A DNA stretch of 64,000 bases, taken from positions 37,003-101,002 of IMG/VR virus record IMGVR_UViG_3300046012_000505; one strand, written 5' to 3'. The notes under the pieces were generated by a model that searched no databases, was not told the origin of the DNA, and saw only the letters and a list, made by a program, of their open reading frames with translations. The DNA comes from a virus. Both the position numbers and the translations under genes were made by a program. Shown here one piece after another: positions 26,147-34,510 of this stretch; position 1 is the first letter of the stretch; every line of letters begins with the position of its first letter.

Positions 26147-27357
26147 GCCACCACCCCGGTGAACAGCGGAGCGTCGAGCCCGCTGAGTTTCGCGATGCGA
26201 TGCCGGATGTCGGCCGCGTATTGGTCCTCGCGTTCGATCAGGATGCACTCGAACCCCTCGCGAAGGCAGGCGACGCCGGTAGTGCCGCTGCCGGAGAACG
26301 GGTCGAGAACTAGGCCGCCTGGCGGTGTGACGAGGCGCGCGAGCCAGCGCATGAGCGCCACGGGCTTGACTGTGGGGTGCTTGCTGTCGCAGCGATCATC
26401 GGCGTCGGCCTTGGCGGAGAAGAAGAAGCGGGCGGCGGAACTGCTACCGCAACCCGGGAAAGCCGCCAGCACATCATCGCTGCCATCAAGCAGCAAATTT
26501 GCCGGCCAGCGCCCTGTCGGGTCGTAATTCTCTCGATCCTTCGAGAACTTGCCATAGACCCGATTTGTCATCGGCCCAGTGCCAAAATCGCCGTGCTGGT
26601 TTTTGCCCTTGCTCTCGACTTCGTCCCCGTCGCCGGCAAACTCGACCCTGCACCCGTCGATGTTCAGCGCGCCCGTCCCCCACTTGAGAACATTAGCCGC
26701 GACGGTCGATTCCGAGAGAGGCTTGCGCGCAAGGCAGATCGGCTCCCAAGCCGGTTTAATGGCAGTGCCCCACCCTTCCCAGATGGCGGCGTCCGCCGTG
26801 GCCGGCGCCGTCACCGCATGGGTATAGGTCCGGTCGCCCAACTTCTCCCAGGTGCCATCCTTGCCCTGGTCGGCGCCGGGCCGGATGCGACGCACGGTAG
26901 GACCTTCTTCGATGACCTCGCGCGTCGCACCAGCCGCCTTGTCGATTCCTTTGCTGACATCGTGAGACTTTGGGAATCCTGTTGCGAAGGCCCAGCCCAG
27001 CTGGTCCCTGATCTCAAACCCGGCATCCTCGATCGCGCACGCCATCCGGTGATAGGTCCGCGTCCCTGAGAAGGCGACGAGATGCGCGCCGGGCTTGAGG
27101 ACGCGGTAGACTTCCGACCACCATGCCGGATCGAAAGCCGTCTCGCCGGTATCCCATTTCTGATTCATGAAACCGCGCGCGGTGCGCTGGTGCGGCCCGG
27201 ATTTCGACCACGTTTTATCGTTGCGCCCGACCTTGGCGAACCGCTTGTTGATCGTCTGGAGGCTGTACGGCGGGTCCGTCACGCACGAATCGACGCTGCA
27301 ATCGGCCATCGTCTTGATGACCTCGCGGCAGTCGCCGTGTTCGAGGCGAACACTCAC
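26143..27357 (-). CDS. DNA N6-adenine/N4-cytosine methyltransferase (beta class)
   Basis: N-terminal VTDPPY, HPTVKP, C-terminal DPFSGSGTTG. Confidence 0.93.
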   Translation of the reverse strand: MSVRLEHGDCREVIKTMADCSVDSCVTDPPYSLQTINKRFAKVGRNDKTWSKSGPHQRTARGFMNQKWDTGETAFDPAWWSEVYRVLKPGAHLVAFSGTRTYHRMACAIEDAGFEIRDQLGWAFATGFPKSHDVSKGIDKAAGATREVIEEGPTVRRIRPGADQGKDGTWEKLGDRTYTHAVTAPATADAAIWEGWGTAIKPAWEPICLARKPLSESTVAANVLKWGTGALNIDGCRVEFAGDGDEVESKGKNQHGDFGTGPMTNRVYGKFSKDRENYDPTGRWPANLLLDGSDDVLAAFPGCGSSSAARFFFSAKADADDRCDSKHPTVKPVALMRWLARLVTPPGGLVLDPFSGSGTTGVACLREGFECILIEREDQYAADIRHRIAKLSGLDAPLFTGVVA

Positions 27358-27743
27358 CCCATCGCCCTCATCTGCGCCCGGTCCTGCACGACCGGCGGCG
27401 ACGCCTTCTCCGCCGGCCGCCAGCACCGCGCATGATGCTCCTCGCAGTACTGCGAGCCGTGCCGCAGTTCGGCGCCGCAGTAGATGGCATCGCCGAGGGC
27501 GAGCCAGTTCGGCGACCCCGCGATGAACTGGCAGCCGCGCTTGCCAGGCCGCGCAACAGCAACTGGGGTGGCGGTCGGCTTGATCGGGCTGACGCGTGCC
27601 GGCAGGTCCAGCCGATGAGCGCGGCCTACGACGGAGTTCTTGGTGACGCCCAGGCGCCGACCTATCTCGGCGGTCGAATAACCAGCCGCCCACAGGGTCC
27701 GCAACGCGCCGTCGAGCTCCGGCGTCCAGCTCGATGGGATCAT
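27354..27743 (-). CDS. gcrA: GcrA-like cell-cycle regulator
   Basis: WT......LRTLWAAGYSTAEIGRRLGVTKNSVVGRAHRLDL; CQFI...YCG...YCEEH. Confidence 0.9.
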   Translation of the reverse strand: MIPSSWTPELDGALRTLWAAGYSTAEIGRRLGVTKNSVVGRAHRLDLPARVSPIKPTATPVAVARPGKRGCQFIAGSPNWLALGDAIYCGAELRHGSQYCEEHHARCWRPAEKASPPVVQDRAQMRAMG

Positions 27744-28015
27744 GCCGGCACCTCGCCCTCGAAGCTCGGCAGCATCCCGATCGCGCGTTTGTACACGTCG
27801 AGGAGCGATTCCTGTTCGTCGAGATCGTCCTTGTCGAGCTTCCGGATGGCGATGAGTTGACGCATGATCTTCGTGTCGAACCCCGTCCCCTTCGCCTCGG
27901 CGAAAACTTCCTTGATGTCGTCGCCGATGGCGGCCTTCTCAGTTTCGAGCCGTTCGATGCGCTCGATAAATGACTTCAGCCGATCGCCGGCCACCCCAGC
28001 CACATCCGTCATCAC
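27740..28015 (-). CDS. gapR: GapR/DUF2312 nucleoid-associated protein
   Basis: RLKSFIERIERLETEKAAIGDDIKEVFAEAKGTGFDTKIMRQLIAIRK. Confidence 0.93.
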   Translation of the reverse strand: MMTDVAGVAGDRLKSFIERIERLETEKAAIGDDIKEVFAEAKGTGFDTKIMRQLIAIRKLDKDDLDEQESLLDVYKRAIGMLPSFEGEVPA

Positions 28016-28086
28016 CTTCCCCTCAAGTTACCCGTTGAATTCCCAGTGCAGCCACACGGCGAGCAGGATTGCGACGCAGATAGTCG

Positions 28087-28905
28087 TCATGCGAACCGCG
28101 CCTTTCCGTGCTCGTCCAAGAGAATGGCGAGCGTCGCGTCGGCGACGTCCTCGGCGCTGATGATGCCGAGCGGTGCGGCTTTGCTCCTTGCGGCGGCGGT
28201 GCGGCGCCTTGCGGCGGTGCGGCGCGCGTCGGCGAGTTTCGCAGCGAACGCCGCCCGAAATTCCGGGTCGGCCCAAAGCCGCTTCAGTCGTTTCCTCGAC
28301 ACAACGAGAGACGCATCCATTTTTTCGCGATACGCTGGATCGGCCCACCGCTCACGCATCATCTTCGATTGCCGAGCGCGGACGGCCGGCCTGTCTTTGC
28401 CCCGCCTTACCGCTGCAATGTATTTCTCTCGCCAGACCGGGTCTTGCCAGCGAGCCTTCAGTATCTCGGAAAAGTGGTCACGGTAGGCTTGCACCTTCTT
28501 GCTCGCCGACACGGCCGCGAGCGTTTTCTCCCGGTACTCCGGATCTTGCCATTGGGCCTTTTTTATCTCCGACGCGCGCCTGCGGGCCTCCGGCGTTTTC
28601 CTCGATGCCACCAGGGCCGCCTCTAACTTAGGCCCCGTTTCCGGGTCGGCCCACCGGCGTCTATTCCACTCGCTCAGACGCTCGCGCGCTGACGGATCGG
28701 CCCACCTCTTGCGGCTCGATGCCGATTGCTGGGCCCTCGCCTCCGGTGTTTGCTTCACCGCCTTGATGCTCGCCCTGCGGGATTTGGCGGTATTTGGGTT
28801 TGTCCACGATAGCGCGGTCGAGCACGAGCGCGAGCAGGCACGCCGCTTTGATCTCGCCGGCCGCTCAAACTCGGCGCCGCATTTCGGATTGGCGCAGATC
28901 ATCAT
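28087..28905 (-). CDS. basic protein with N-terminal zinc finger and W-x-D-P helical repeats (NUMOD3-like)
   Basis: CANPKC...CSRSC; six W[AQ]DP plus one WTNP. Confidence 0.7.
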   Translation of the reverse strand: MMICANPKCGAEFERPARSKRRACSRSCSTALSWTNPNTAKSRRASIKAVKQTPEARAQQSASSRKRWADPSARERLSEWNRRRWADPETGPKLEAALVASRKTPEARRRASEIKKAQWQDPEYREKTLAAVSASKKVQAYRDHFSEILKARWQDPVWREKYIAAVRRGKDRPAVRARQSKMMRERWADPAYREKMDASLVVSRKRLKRLWADPEFRAAFAAKLADARRTAARRRTAAARSKAAPLGIISAEDVADATLAILLDEHGKARFA

Positions 28906-29930
28906 CGCCCCTCGACCACAGCGGCGCGCGCCGTTGCCTCGGCCTCGCTGATCTTGAACACCGCTGCGAGCCGGGCGATCGGCGCGCCGTCCCGCACCGC
29001 CTTGGCGAAGCGGGCATCCTCCGACATCGCACCGAGGAATTCCGGTGCCGCAAGGGTGGCGCCATCTCTGGGCGCCCCCGCTGGCTGCGCAGGCCTCGTC
29101 ACGAGCGCAGGTGCCGGCTTCATCACACTCCATGACGGCGCTGCGCCGGCGACGCCCTGCCGCAGCAGACGCTCGATCGCCATCTGGACGGTGATCTTCA
29201 TCTCGGCCGAGATGGCGACCGCCCGCGGGAAGAGCCAGTCGCCGTCTGTGCGGCCCAGGAAGGCGGCGAGCCGGTTGGCATAGGGCCCGGGCTCGTCGGC
29301 ATTGTGGGTAACGGCGACGGCGGCGAGAAAGAGCGCGGCGCGCAGGAAATGCGGCTTTTCGCGATAGGCTTTGACGACCGCGCCCAGGCCGAGTCGGACA
29401 TCGTCCGGCGGATAGTCCGCGATCACCCTGCCGAGCGCGCCGATCGCCATCGTCTCGCCGGACTTCAACTGCTTCGCCCCCGAGGGATGGCGCGGGATGG
29501 AAAGGCCGAGCTCGTCGCAAAGCGACTTGATTGCCAGCGCCCGCTCATCGCCGGCCGCGAGTTTGGCGTGGTGGATCGCCATGGTGGTCATGGCGACGCG
29601 GTTCTGGTTGGTGTCGACGAAGATTGCCGCCTGTTCGGCGAACGAGCTGGCCCTGACGATGACAGCCGGCACATGCGTCTCGCCGCGCCGGCGCGCCGCC
29701 TCGACCCGGTGGCCGCCGTCGATCACGAGCCAGCCATCGCCGTTTTCAGTGGCAATAATCGTCTGGAAGGCTGACCAATTGAACCGCTCTACGAGCCTTG
29801 CGATCAACGCTTGGCTACGCCGGCTTTCGAGATTCCGCTGGTACCGCTCGTCGACCGAAAGTCGCGCGACGGGCAGCCACCCCATCTCCGGCTTCGGTCC
29901 GGGGTCCGCATGTGGGGCGGCCTCGCTCAC
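28902..29930 (-). CDS. ParB/sulfiredoxin-like N-terminal domain protein
   Basis: LSVDERYQR...VIDGGHRVEAA...VPAVI...QAAIFV..N. Confidence 0.8.
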   Translation of the reverse strand: MSEAAPHADPGPKPEMGWLPVARLSVDERYQRNLESRRSQALIARLVERFNWSAFQTIIATENGDGWLVIDGGHRVEAARRRGETHVPAVIVRASSFAEQAAIFVDTNQNRVAMTTMAIHHAKLAAGDERALAIKSLCDELGLSIPRHPSGAKQLKSGETMAIGALGRVIADYPPDDVRLGLGAVVKAYREKPHFLRAALFLAAVAVTHNADEPGPYANRLAAFLGRTDGDWLFPRAVAISAEMKITVQMAIERLLRQGVAGAAPSWSVMKPAPALVTRPAQPAGAPRDGATLAAPEFLGAMSEDARFAKAVRDGAPIARLAAVFKISEAEATARAAVVEGR

Positions 29931-30295
29931 ACCCTCTGCTCCAAGCAGTACCCAAACCCGTACCGCGTCTCGATCTTGTGCGACGCGCCAGCGAGTTTCT
30001 TCCGCAGCCGCTTGACATGCGACCGCACGCTGTCGCCGTTGCCAGCGTCGCCGTATGGGGTCAGCGCGTCGGCGATGTTCTCGTAGGTGAAGATGCGGCC
30101 CGGCCGGCTGGCGAGCAGAGAGAGCAGCGCGTATTCTGTCCGGGTCAGCGGCCGGCGACCGTCGCCGACGATGACCGAATAGTTATCATGATCGAGAAAG
30201 GTGCCGGCGCCTTCGCGAGCGCCGGCAGTCTGGTCCGCCACAGGGGGGAGGGCGGCGGACGGTCGGCATTTCGGGTGCGCGGCGAGGGAGATCAC
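29927..30295 (-). CDS. OmpR/CtrA-type winged-helix DNA-binding domain without receiver domain
   Basis: LTRTEYALLSLLASRPGRIFT...HVKRLRKKLAGASHKIETRYGFGY. Confidence 0.85.
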   Translation of the reverse strand: MISLAAHPKCRPSAALPPVADQTAGAREGAGTFLDHDNYSVIVGDGRRPLTRTEYALLSLLASRPGRIFTYENIADALTPYGDAGNGDSVRSHVKRLRKKLAGASHKIETRYGFGYCLEQRV

Positions 30296-30525
30296 GCGAG
30301 CTTCCCCTCGACCGTCTTGACGACATCGCCGACCGTGACCCAGGACGACTGCTCTTCCGGCGTGATGCGGCCGATGGCGAATTCCTGCTCCAGCGCCAGC
30401 CCGATCTCTTCGAATGTCAGGCTGTCGGCGCCGAGGTCTTCGATCAGGCGCGCAGCGTCCTCGACGGCCGGCGTCACGACGGCAGCGATGATCGTGCGGA
30501 CGCGCGCGCCAATGTCCTGCGTCAT
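30292..30525 (-). CDS. acpP: acyl carrier protein (copy 2)
   Basis: LIEDLGADSL..EEIGLALEQEFAI...TVGDVV. Confidence 0.88.
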   Translation of the reverse strand: MTQDIGARVRTIIAAVVTPAVEDAARLIEDLGADSLTFEEIGLALEQEFAIGRITPEEQSSWVTVGDVVKTVEGKLA

Positions 30526-31271
30526 TGCCCTTCCTCCGATGGATCCCTGATCGCGTCCGGGCTCGGCAGGTACAGCCCCCTCGCCTTCCGCCGCGTGCTG
30601 GCGAGCAGGAACGTGTCGACGTTGATGCCGAGCGCCGGGAAGTCCATCGCCACCCGGCGATGCGCCTGGTCGTAGCCGTAGGCGTCGAAGCCGAGCAGCC
30701 GCGTGACCCGCTCCTCGGCGAACCCGATCAGCCAGGTGACGTACCAGGTCGAGATCGCCCAGGTATGCGCGATCCTCATCATCGGCTCGACGAGGCGGTG
30801 CTGCATCACGCTGGCGTCGACCCAGACGCACCCGCTCAGCGCGATCGGGCAGTCCTCGATCTGATGGGCAAGCTCTGCCGTGACGATGCAGCGGCCCTCT
30901 CTGCCGGCGACGTGCGGGTTCGCGTAGAACAGCCGGCGGGTGACGAGATTGTCGTAGAGCGAATTTTCGAGCTCGATGCGCCGGGTCGCGCAGCAGGCGA
31001 CGACCTTGCCGTCCCGCTCGACCATGACGACGACAACCTCATGCGGGCCGCCGACGTTCGGCCAGAAATCGGGATTGAACGGCTGAAAGAGGATTTGCCC
31101 GGTGTCCCGCTTGATCCGCGCGATGGTGTCGAGATCGTGGGCGAGGTAGACGCGCAGCCCGGCGGCGTCCAATGCGTCGGTGATGGCGATGAGGCGCTTG
31201 CCGACCTCGATGCGGACGAGCTGCGGCAGCAGGGGCGCGGCGATGCCTTCGGCGAGCAGGATGCGGGTCAT
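30522..31271 (-). CDS. putative GNAT/acyl-transferase-fold protein (LuxI/FeeM-like architecture)
   Basis: VVVMVERDGKVVACCATR strands, LSGCVWVD...HRLVEPMMRIA motif-A-like segment, WLIGFAE strand, AYGY; fold call is inference. Confidence 0.5.
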   Translation of the reverse strand: MTRILLAEGIAAPLLPQLVRIEVGKRLIAITDALDAAGLRVYLAHDLDTIARIKRDTGQILFQPFNPDFWPNVGGPHEVVVVMVERDGKVVACCATRRIELENSLYDNLVTRRLFYANPHVAGREGRCIVTAELAHQIEDCPIALSGCVWVDASVMQHRLVEPMMRIAHTWAISTWYVTWLIGFAEERVTRLLGFDAYGYDQAHRRVAMDFPALGINVDTFLLASTRRKARGLYLPSPDAIRDPSEEGQ

Positions 31272-32350
31272 GCCGCAATCCTCTCGCGCTTCAGCACCTT
31301 CGTCGCCGACACGACGCCGCCGTTCTTTCCGCGCGGCCCGTCCGGCATGGCGAGGCTGAGATAGTCGACCTGATCGTTGCCGATCGGCGCCTGGACGCGG
31401 CGCAGGACCGGGCCGCTCCGGGCGACCTGCATCCAATGGCGCGTCATGTCGGCGAAGCGCAGCGTCGGAATTGCCATGATGTTCTTGCCGGCCCAGTCGT
31501 CGGGGAGGCCGAGCTGTCCCGCGAGGATCGGCAGCGTCACGTCCTCGCCGACGACGTTCAGATAGGACGCGCGCCCCGGCATGTTGCGGAGCGATGCCGC
31601 CCATGCCGAGCCGGGGTCGTCGGTGCTCTCGGCGAGGATCGCGCGGAACTCGGGGACATTATTGGCGACCTCGAGGCCGAGCTGATGCACCACCAGATAG
31701 GGCGTCGGAAGCTTTGCCGAGAGCGCCAGGGCGTTGGCGGCTTCCCCGGGCGAGGCAGGGACCGCCGCGACCCATTCCCCCGCGCAGTCGACGACGCGGC
31801 GCACGGTGCGGAGCGTCTTGCGGCCCTCATCGATGAGGAAGGCGCAGGCGCGCGACACGGCGGCTTGGTTGGCCTGCCCTTCGGTATAGCGCAGCTCGGC
31901 GGTGAAATCGGGGCGCAGGGTGAGAGATACCCAGCCCAGCATGCGATGAGCGAAACGCTCGGTTGCCGTCTCGCCGACGGCGCGGCGGATGAACTCGAGG
32001 CTCCCGTGCGCGGCGTGGTGGAGATTGCCGGCATCGTCGCACCAGAAAATTTGATCGGCGTGCGGGCGAAGCTGGGTGACGTTGGAATTGACGGCCGGCA
32101 GCTGACCGCAGACGCCGGGTGCCTCGACCCCGTAGACCTCGCCGACAAACCCATGATCACCTGACTTGGCAAAGAATGCCGCGAGGTTGAACACCGCCTC
32201 CGCCGTGATCCGCGTCGAGCCGGCGACGTAGCGGTCGAAGGTGTCGATCGAGACGCCGGCCGCGTGCGCCAGGGTCTTTGCCCGGACGCCGGTATTGGGA
32301 TAGGTGCGGCGGCGGAGCGCGGCAGCGAAGCGGGAGGCGAGTACGGTCAT
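31268..32350 (-). CDS. XRE HTH fused to a C-terminal PAS-like sensor domain
   Basis: KTLAHAAGVSIDTFDRYVAG HTH; WAGKNIMAIP...ARSGPVL..V.A.I....VDYLSLAMP...VVSAT resembles alphaproteobacterial PAS_5-type domains. Confidence 0.6.
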   Translation of the reverse strand: MTVLASRFAAALRRRTYPNTGVRAKTLAHAAGVSIDTFDRYVAGSTRITAEAVFNLAAFFAKSGDHGFVGEVYGVEAPGVCGQLPAVNSNVTQLRPHADQIFWCDDAGNLHHAAHGSLEFIRRAVGETATERFAHRMLGWVSLTLRPDFTAELRYTEGQANQAAVSRACAFLIDEGRKTLRTVRRVVDCAGEWVAAVPASPGEAANALALSAKLPTPYLVVHQLGLEVANNVPEFRAILAESTDDPGSAWAASLRNMPGRASYLNVVGEDVTLPILAGQLGLPDDWAGKNIMAIPTLRFADMTRHWMQVARSGPVLRRVQAPIGNDQVDYLSLAMPDGPRGKNGGVVSATKVLKRERIAA

Positions 32351-32739
32351 GCCCGCACCCCACTCGCCTTCGCCGCTTCCTCATGCTGGCACAGGAAGGC
32401 ATCGGCCTCCTGCATCATGGTTAGCGTCGCCCGGTAGCAACTTTCGTCTTTGCATGGCGAGAAACCGATGCGGCGATAACGGTCGAGCAGCGCAAAGGCT
32501 TCGTTTCGCTGCTCCTCCGCGTCTTGCAATTGAGCAGTCCGAACGGCGACCGTTGCTTCCGCGCCACGAAGGCCGTCGTCGGTCTCTTGCACCAGCTGAC
32601 AGAAATCCGCGACCGTTTCGTTCAGCTCGTCATTGAGAGCAAGCGCCTTTCGCAGCACGTAGCTTTGAGCACCGGCAAGGGCACAGATCAGGATCACGGC
32701 CAACCAGCCGCCGATGGCCATCAACTCCGCGGCGCTCAC
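32347..32739 (-). CDS. membrane-anchored coiled-coil protein
   Basis: N-terminal hydrophobic helix followed by heptads. Confidence 0.6.
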   Translation of the reverse strand: MSAAELMAIGGWLAVILICALAGAQSYVLRKALALNDELNETVADFCQLVQETDDGLRGAEATVAVRTAQLQDAEEQRNEAFALLDRYRRIGFSPCKDESCYRATLTMMQEADAFLCQHEEAAKASGVRA

Positions 32740-32807
32740 CCGGCCCTCCGCAATTCTGCCCTACCGGCGCCGCAGCAATGCCCCGCGCGCCCTGCGATGG
32801 TCGCGGC

Positions 32808-33293
32808 ATGGAAACGCTGACCAGCCGAGAACTCGACGTGCTGCGATTGCTCGCCAAACACGGCGGAGGCAACAAGACGATCGCCCGCGAGCTCGGCATC
32901 GAACCCGCCACCGTGAAGGCCCGGCTGCGCGAGGCGCTGCGCAAGATCGGGCTGCGCACCAGGACGCAGGCCGCGCTGTGGTATCGAGATCATGGACCCG
33001 GCTGGCAGCGCATAGGCGACATCGCCGGCGAGATCGTGCGAGAGCTTGGCCGCCCCGCTATGACGAGCGACGACCGCGCGCTCTACCGAGACGCCGACGG
33101 GGCGGCCGCTTTTCATGATCGCGGCCACCTACCGAGCCACCAGCGCGACGAAGGCGCCGAACGCAAAGGTGACGAACGCGGCGAGGATGGCGACGCCGAA
33201 CGGTGTGAGATCGCGGCGGCGATGATGCGAACGGAGTATCCCCCTATCCCGTTTGCACACCTCCGGATTGACCGGGCGCGTGATAGGGCTTGA
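32808..33293 (+). CDS. LuxR/GerE-type HTH protein, antisense to the surrounding operon
   Basis: LTSRELDVLRLLA..G.GNKTIARELGIEPATVKARL....RKIG.RTRTQAALW; C-terminal half low complexity. Confidence 0.75.
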   Translation: METLTSRELDVLRLLAKHGGGNKTIARELGIEPATVKARLREALRKIGLRTRTQAALWYRDHGPGWQRIGDIAGEIVRELGRPAMTSDDRALYRDADGAAAFHDRGHLPSHQRDEGAERKGDERGEDGDAERCEIAAAMMRTEYPPIPFAHLRIDRARDRA

Positions 33294-33308
33294 CGATGGG
33301 GAATTCAC
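33129..33308 (-). CDS. small membrane protein downstream of cro
   Basis: GTG overlaps cro stop; C-terminal TM FGVAILAAFVTFAFGAFVALVA. Confidence 0.5.
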   Translation of the reverse strand: MNSPSSSPITRPVNPEVCKRDRGILRSHHRRRDLTPFGVAILAAFVTFAFGAFVALVAR

Positions 33309-33502
33309 GCAGCCGCCTCTTGACCGAGAAAGCCGTCCGGCAGGGTGACGCGCTTTTTCTTGGCGAGGGCGGCCACGGCACGGCGGTAGGGCCACGAGAC
33401 CCCGCGAACGCGCCAGTTGCCCACCGTGCTGAGGTTTCGGACGCCGCAATGCTCAGCGACGATTGCGATGCCACCGAGGGCGTCTATGAGTTCCGCGTGC
33501 AT
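33305..33502 (-). CDS. cro: Cro-like regulator
   Basis: LIDALGG...VA..CG....STVGNWR.RG; divergent from cI. Confidence 0.8.
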   Translation of the reverse strand: MHAELIDALGGIAIVAEHCGVRNLSTVGNWRVRGVSWPYRRAVAALAKKKRVTLPDGFLGQEAAA

Positions 33503-33513
33503 CGCGCAGCATA

Positions 33514-33587
33514 TTCACATTCCGTGGATGCTGTCCAGCGCGAAACGTTGATTTTGTTTTAGGCGAAATTAATCCACATTCTGACAA
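33514..33587. promoter_or_regulatory. cI/cro intergenic operators
   Basis: TTCACATTCCGTGGA 33514-33528; degenerate TCCACATTCTGACAA 33573-33587 abutting the cI ATG. Confidence 0.75.
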
Positions 33588-33868
33588 TGAGAAACGGTAG
33601 CACGGCCAAGCAATTGAAGGACACCGGCGACCGGCTCGCCCGGGCGCGCGAAGCGCTCGAACTCAGCCAGGTCGAGATATGCCGCAACATCGGCATAGGC
33701 GAAACGACGTGGAATAATTGGGAAAAGGCGAAGCGACGCCCCGACCCGTTGGCGCTGGTGCGATTCGCCAACGCCTACGGCATTTCCCTCGACTACATCT
33801 ACCGCGGCGACACCCAAGCCCTGAGCAGCCGCATCCTCTCTAAGATACTAGGCCGCAGAGCAGGGTAG
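33587..33868 (+). CDS. cI: CI-like XRE repressor (HTH only, no S24 peptidase domain)
   Basis: GDRLARAREALELSQ....IGI..TTWNNWE...RRP...ISLDYIYRG. Confidence 0.85.
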   Translation: MRNGSTAKQLKDTGDRLARAREALELSQVEICRNIGIGETTWNNWEKAKRRPDPLALVRFANAYGISLDYIYRGDTQALSSRILSKILGRRAG

Positions 33869-34106
33869 GTTTACCGACATCCCATACCCGCTCGTCGGCG
33901 AGTCGCATCATGATGCAGGCCGCCACGTAGAGATCGTGTGCCGCATCGGCGGAAAACCCCATCTTTGCCGCTGTCCAGGCCGTCATCGCGACCGCCTCTA
34001 AGCGCGGCACCGGGATGCCGTTCACATATTCCCGGATGAACTCCAGGTCGACAGTCGGAAGAAATTGCGTGTCGTCGGCCACCTCAAGGTTCACAAGCTC
34101 TGCCAT
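33840..34106 (-). CDS. hypothetical protein convergent with and overlapping cI
   Basis: GGAG/GGGGG RBS; own upstream AT-rich region. Confidence 0.55.
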   Translation of the reverse strand: MAELVNLEVADDTQFLPTVDLEFIREYVNGIPVPRLEAVAMTAWTAAKMGFSADAAHDLYVAACIMMRLADERVWDVGKPTLLCGLVS

Positions 34107-34237
34107 TTCCCCCGCTCCATAAGGAACGTCTATTTACCCATAAGTGGCATTGTTGTGACAATGGGTAACGTGGGGTGCATACATCGCAATAAAATGACGC
34201 GCCGTGCATGCTCGGTGATGATTGCTTAATTGCTAAC

Positions 34238-34290
34238 TCCACGATTTGTGAATTTCAACCATTGACATGCTTCACGCAATGTGAAGAATG
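34238..34290 (+). promoter_or_regulatory. rightward early promoter flanked by two operators
   Basis: TCCACGATTTGTGAA 34238-34252, TTGACA 34262-34267, TTCACGCAATGTGAA 34271-34285. Confidence 0.78.
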
Positions 34291-34315
34291 ACGGTTCCAC
34301 TCGTTGGAGCCGAAC

Positions 34316-34510
34316 ATGCCGAAGCCCCCAACGCCCGAACCTCTCGCCACGCTCAAGACCACTTACAATTGGCTGCGTAAGCCGCTGCGGGTCGACCCGG
34401 CGCAGAACATCGCCGTATTCAACCTGAAGGGACACCGCAGTCTGACTGCGAGGCTGCGGAACCTGATCGCGGAGATGCAGGCCAGCGGTGGAAACGGCGC
34501 ACAGCCATGA
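34316..34510 (+). CDS. hypothetical protein
   Basis: GGAG RBS, first gene of the rightward operon. Confidence 0.6.
   Translation: MPKPPTPEPLATLKTTYNWLRKPLRVDPAQNIAVFNLKGHRSLTARLRNLIAEMQASGGNGAQP

Noticed and set aside
34125-34140. Possible alphaproteobacterial LexA box near cI
   Set aside because: GAAC is not followed by a second GAAC/GTAC at N7 spacing.
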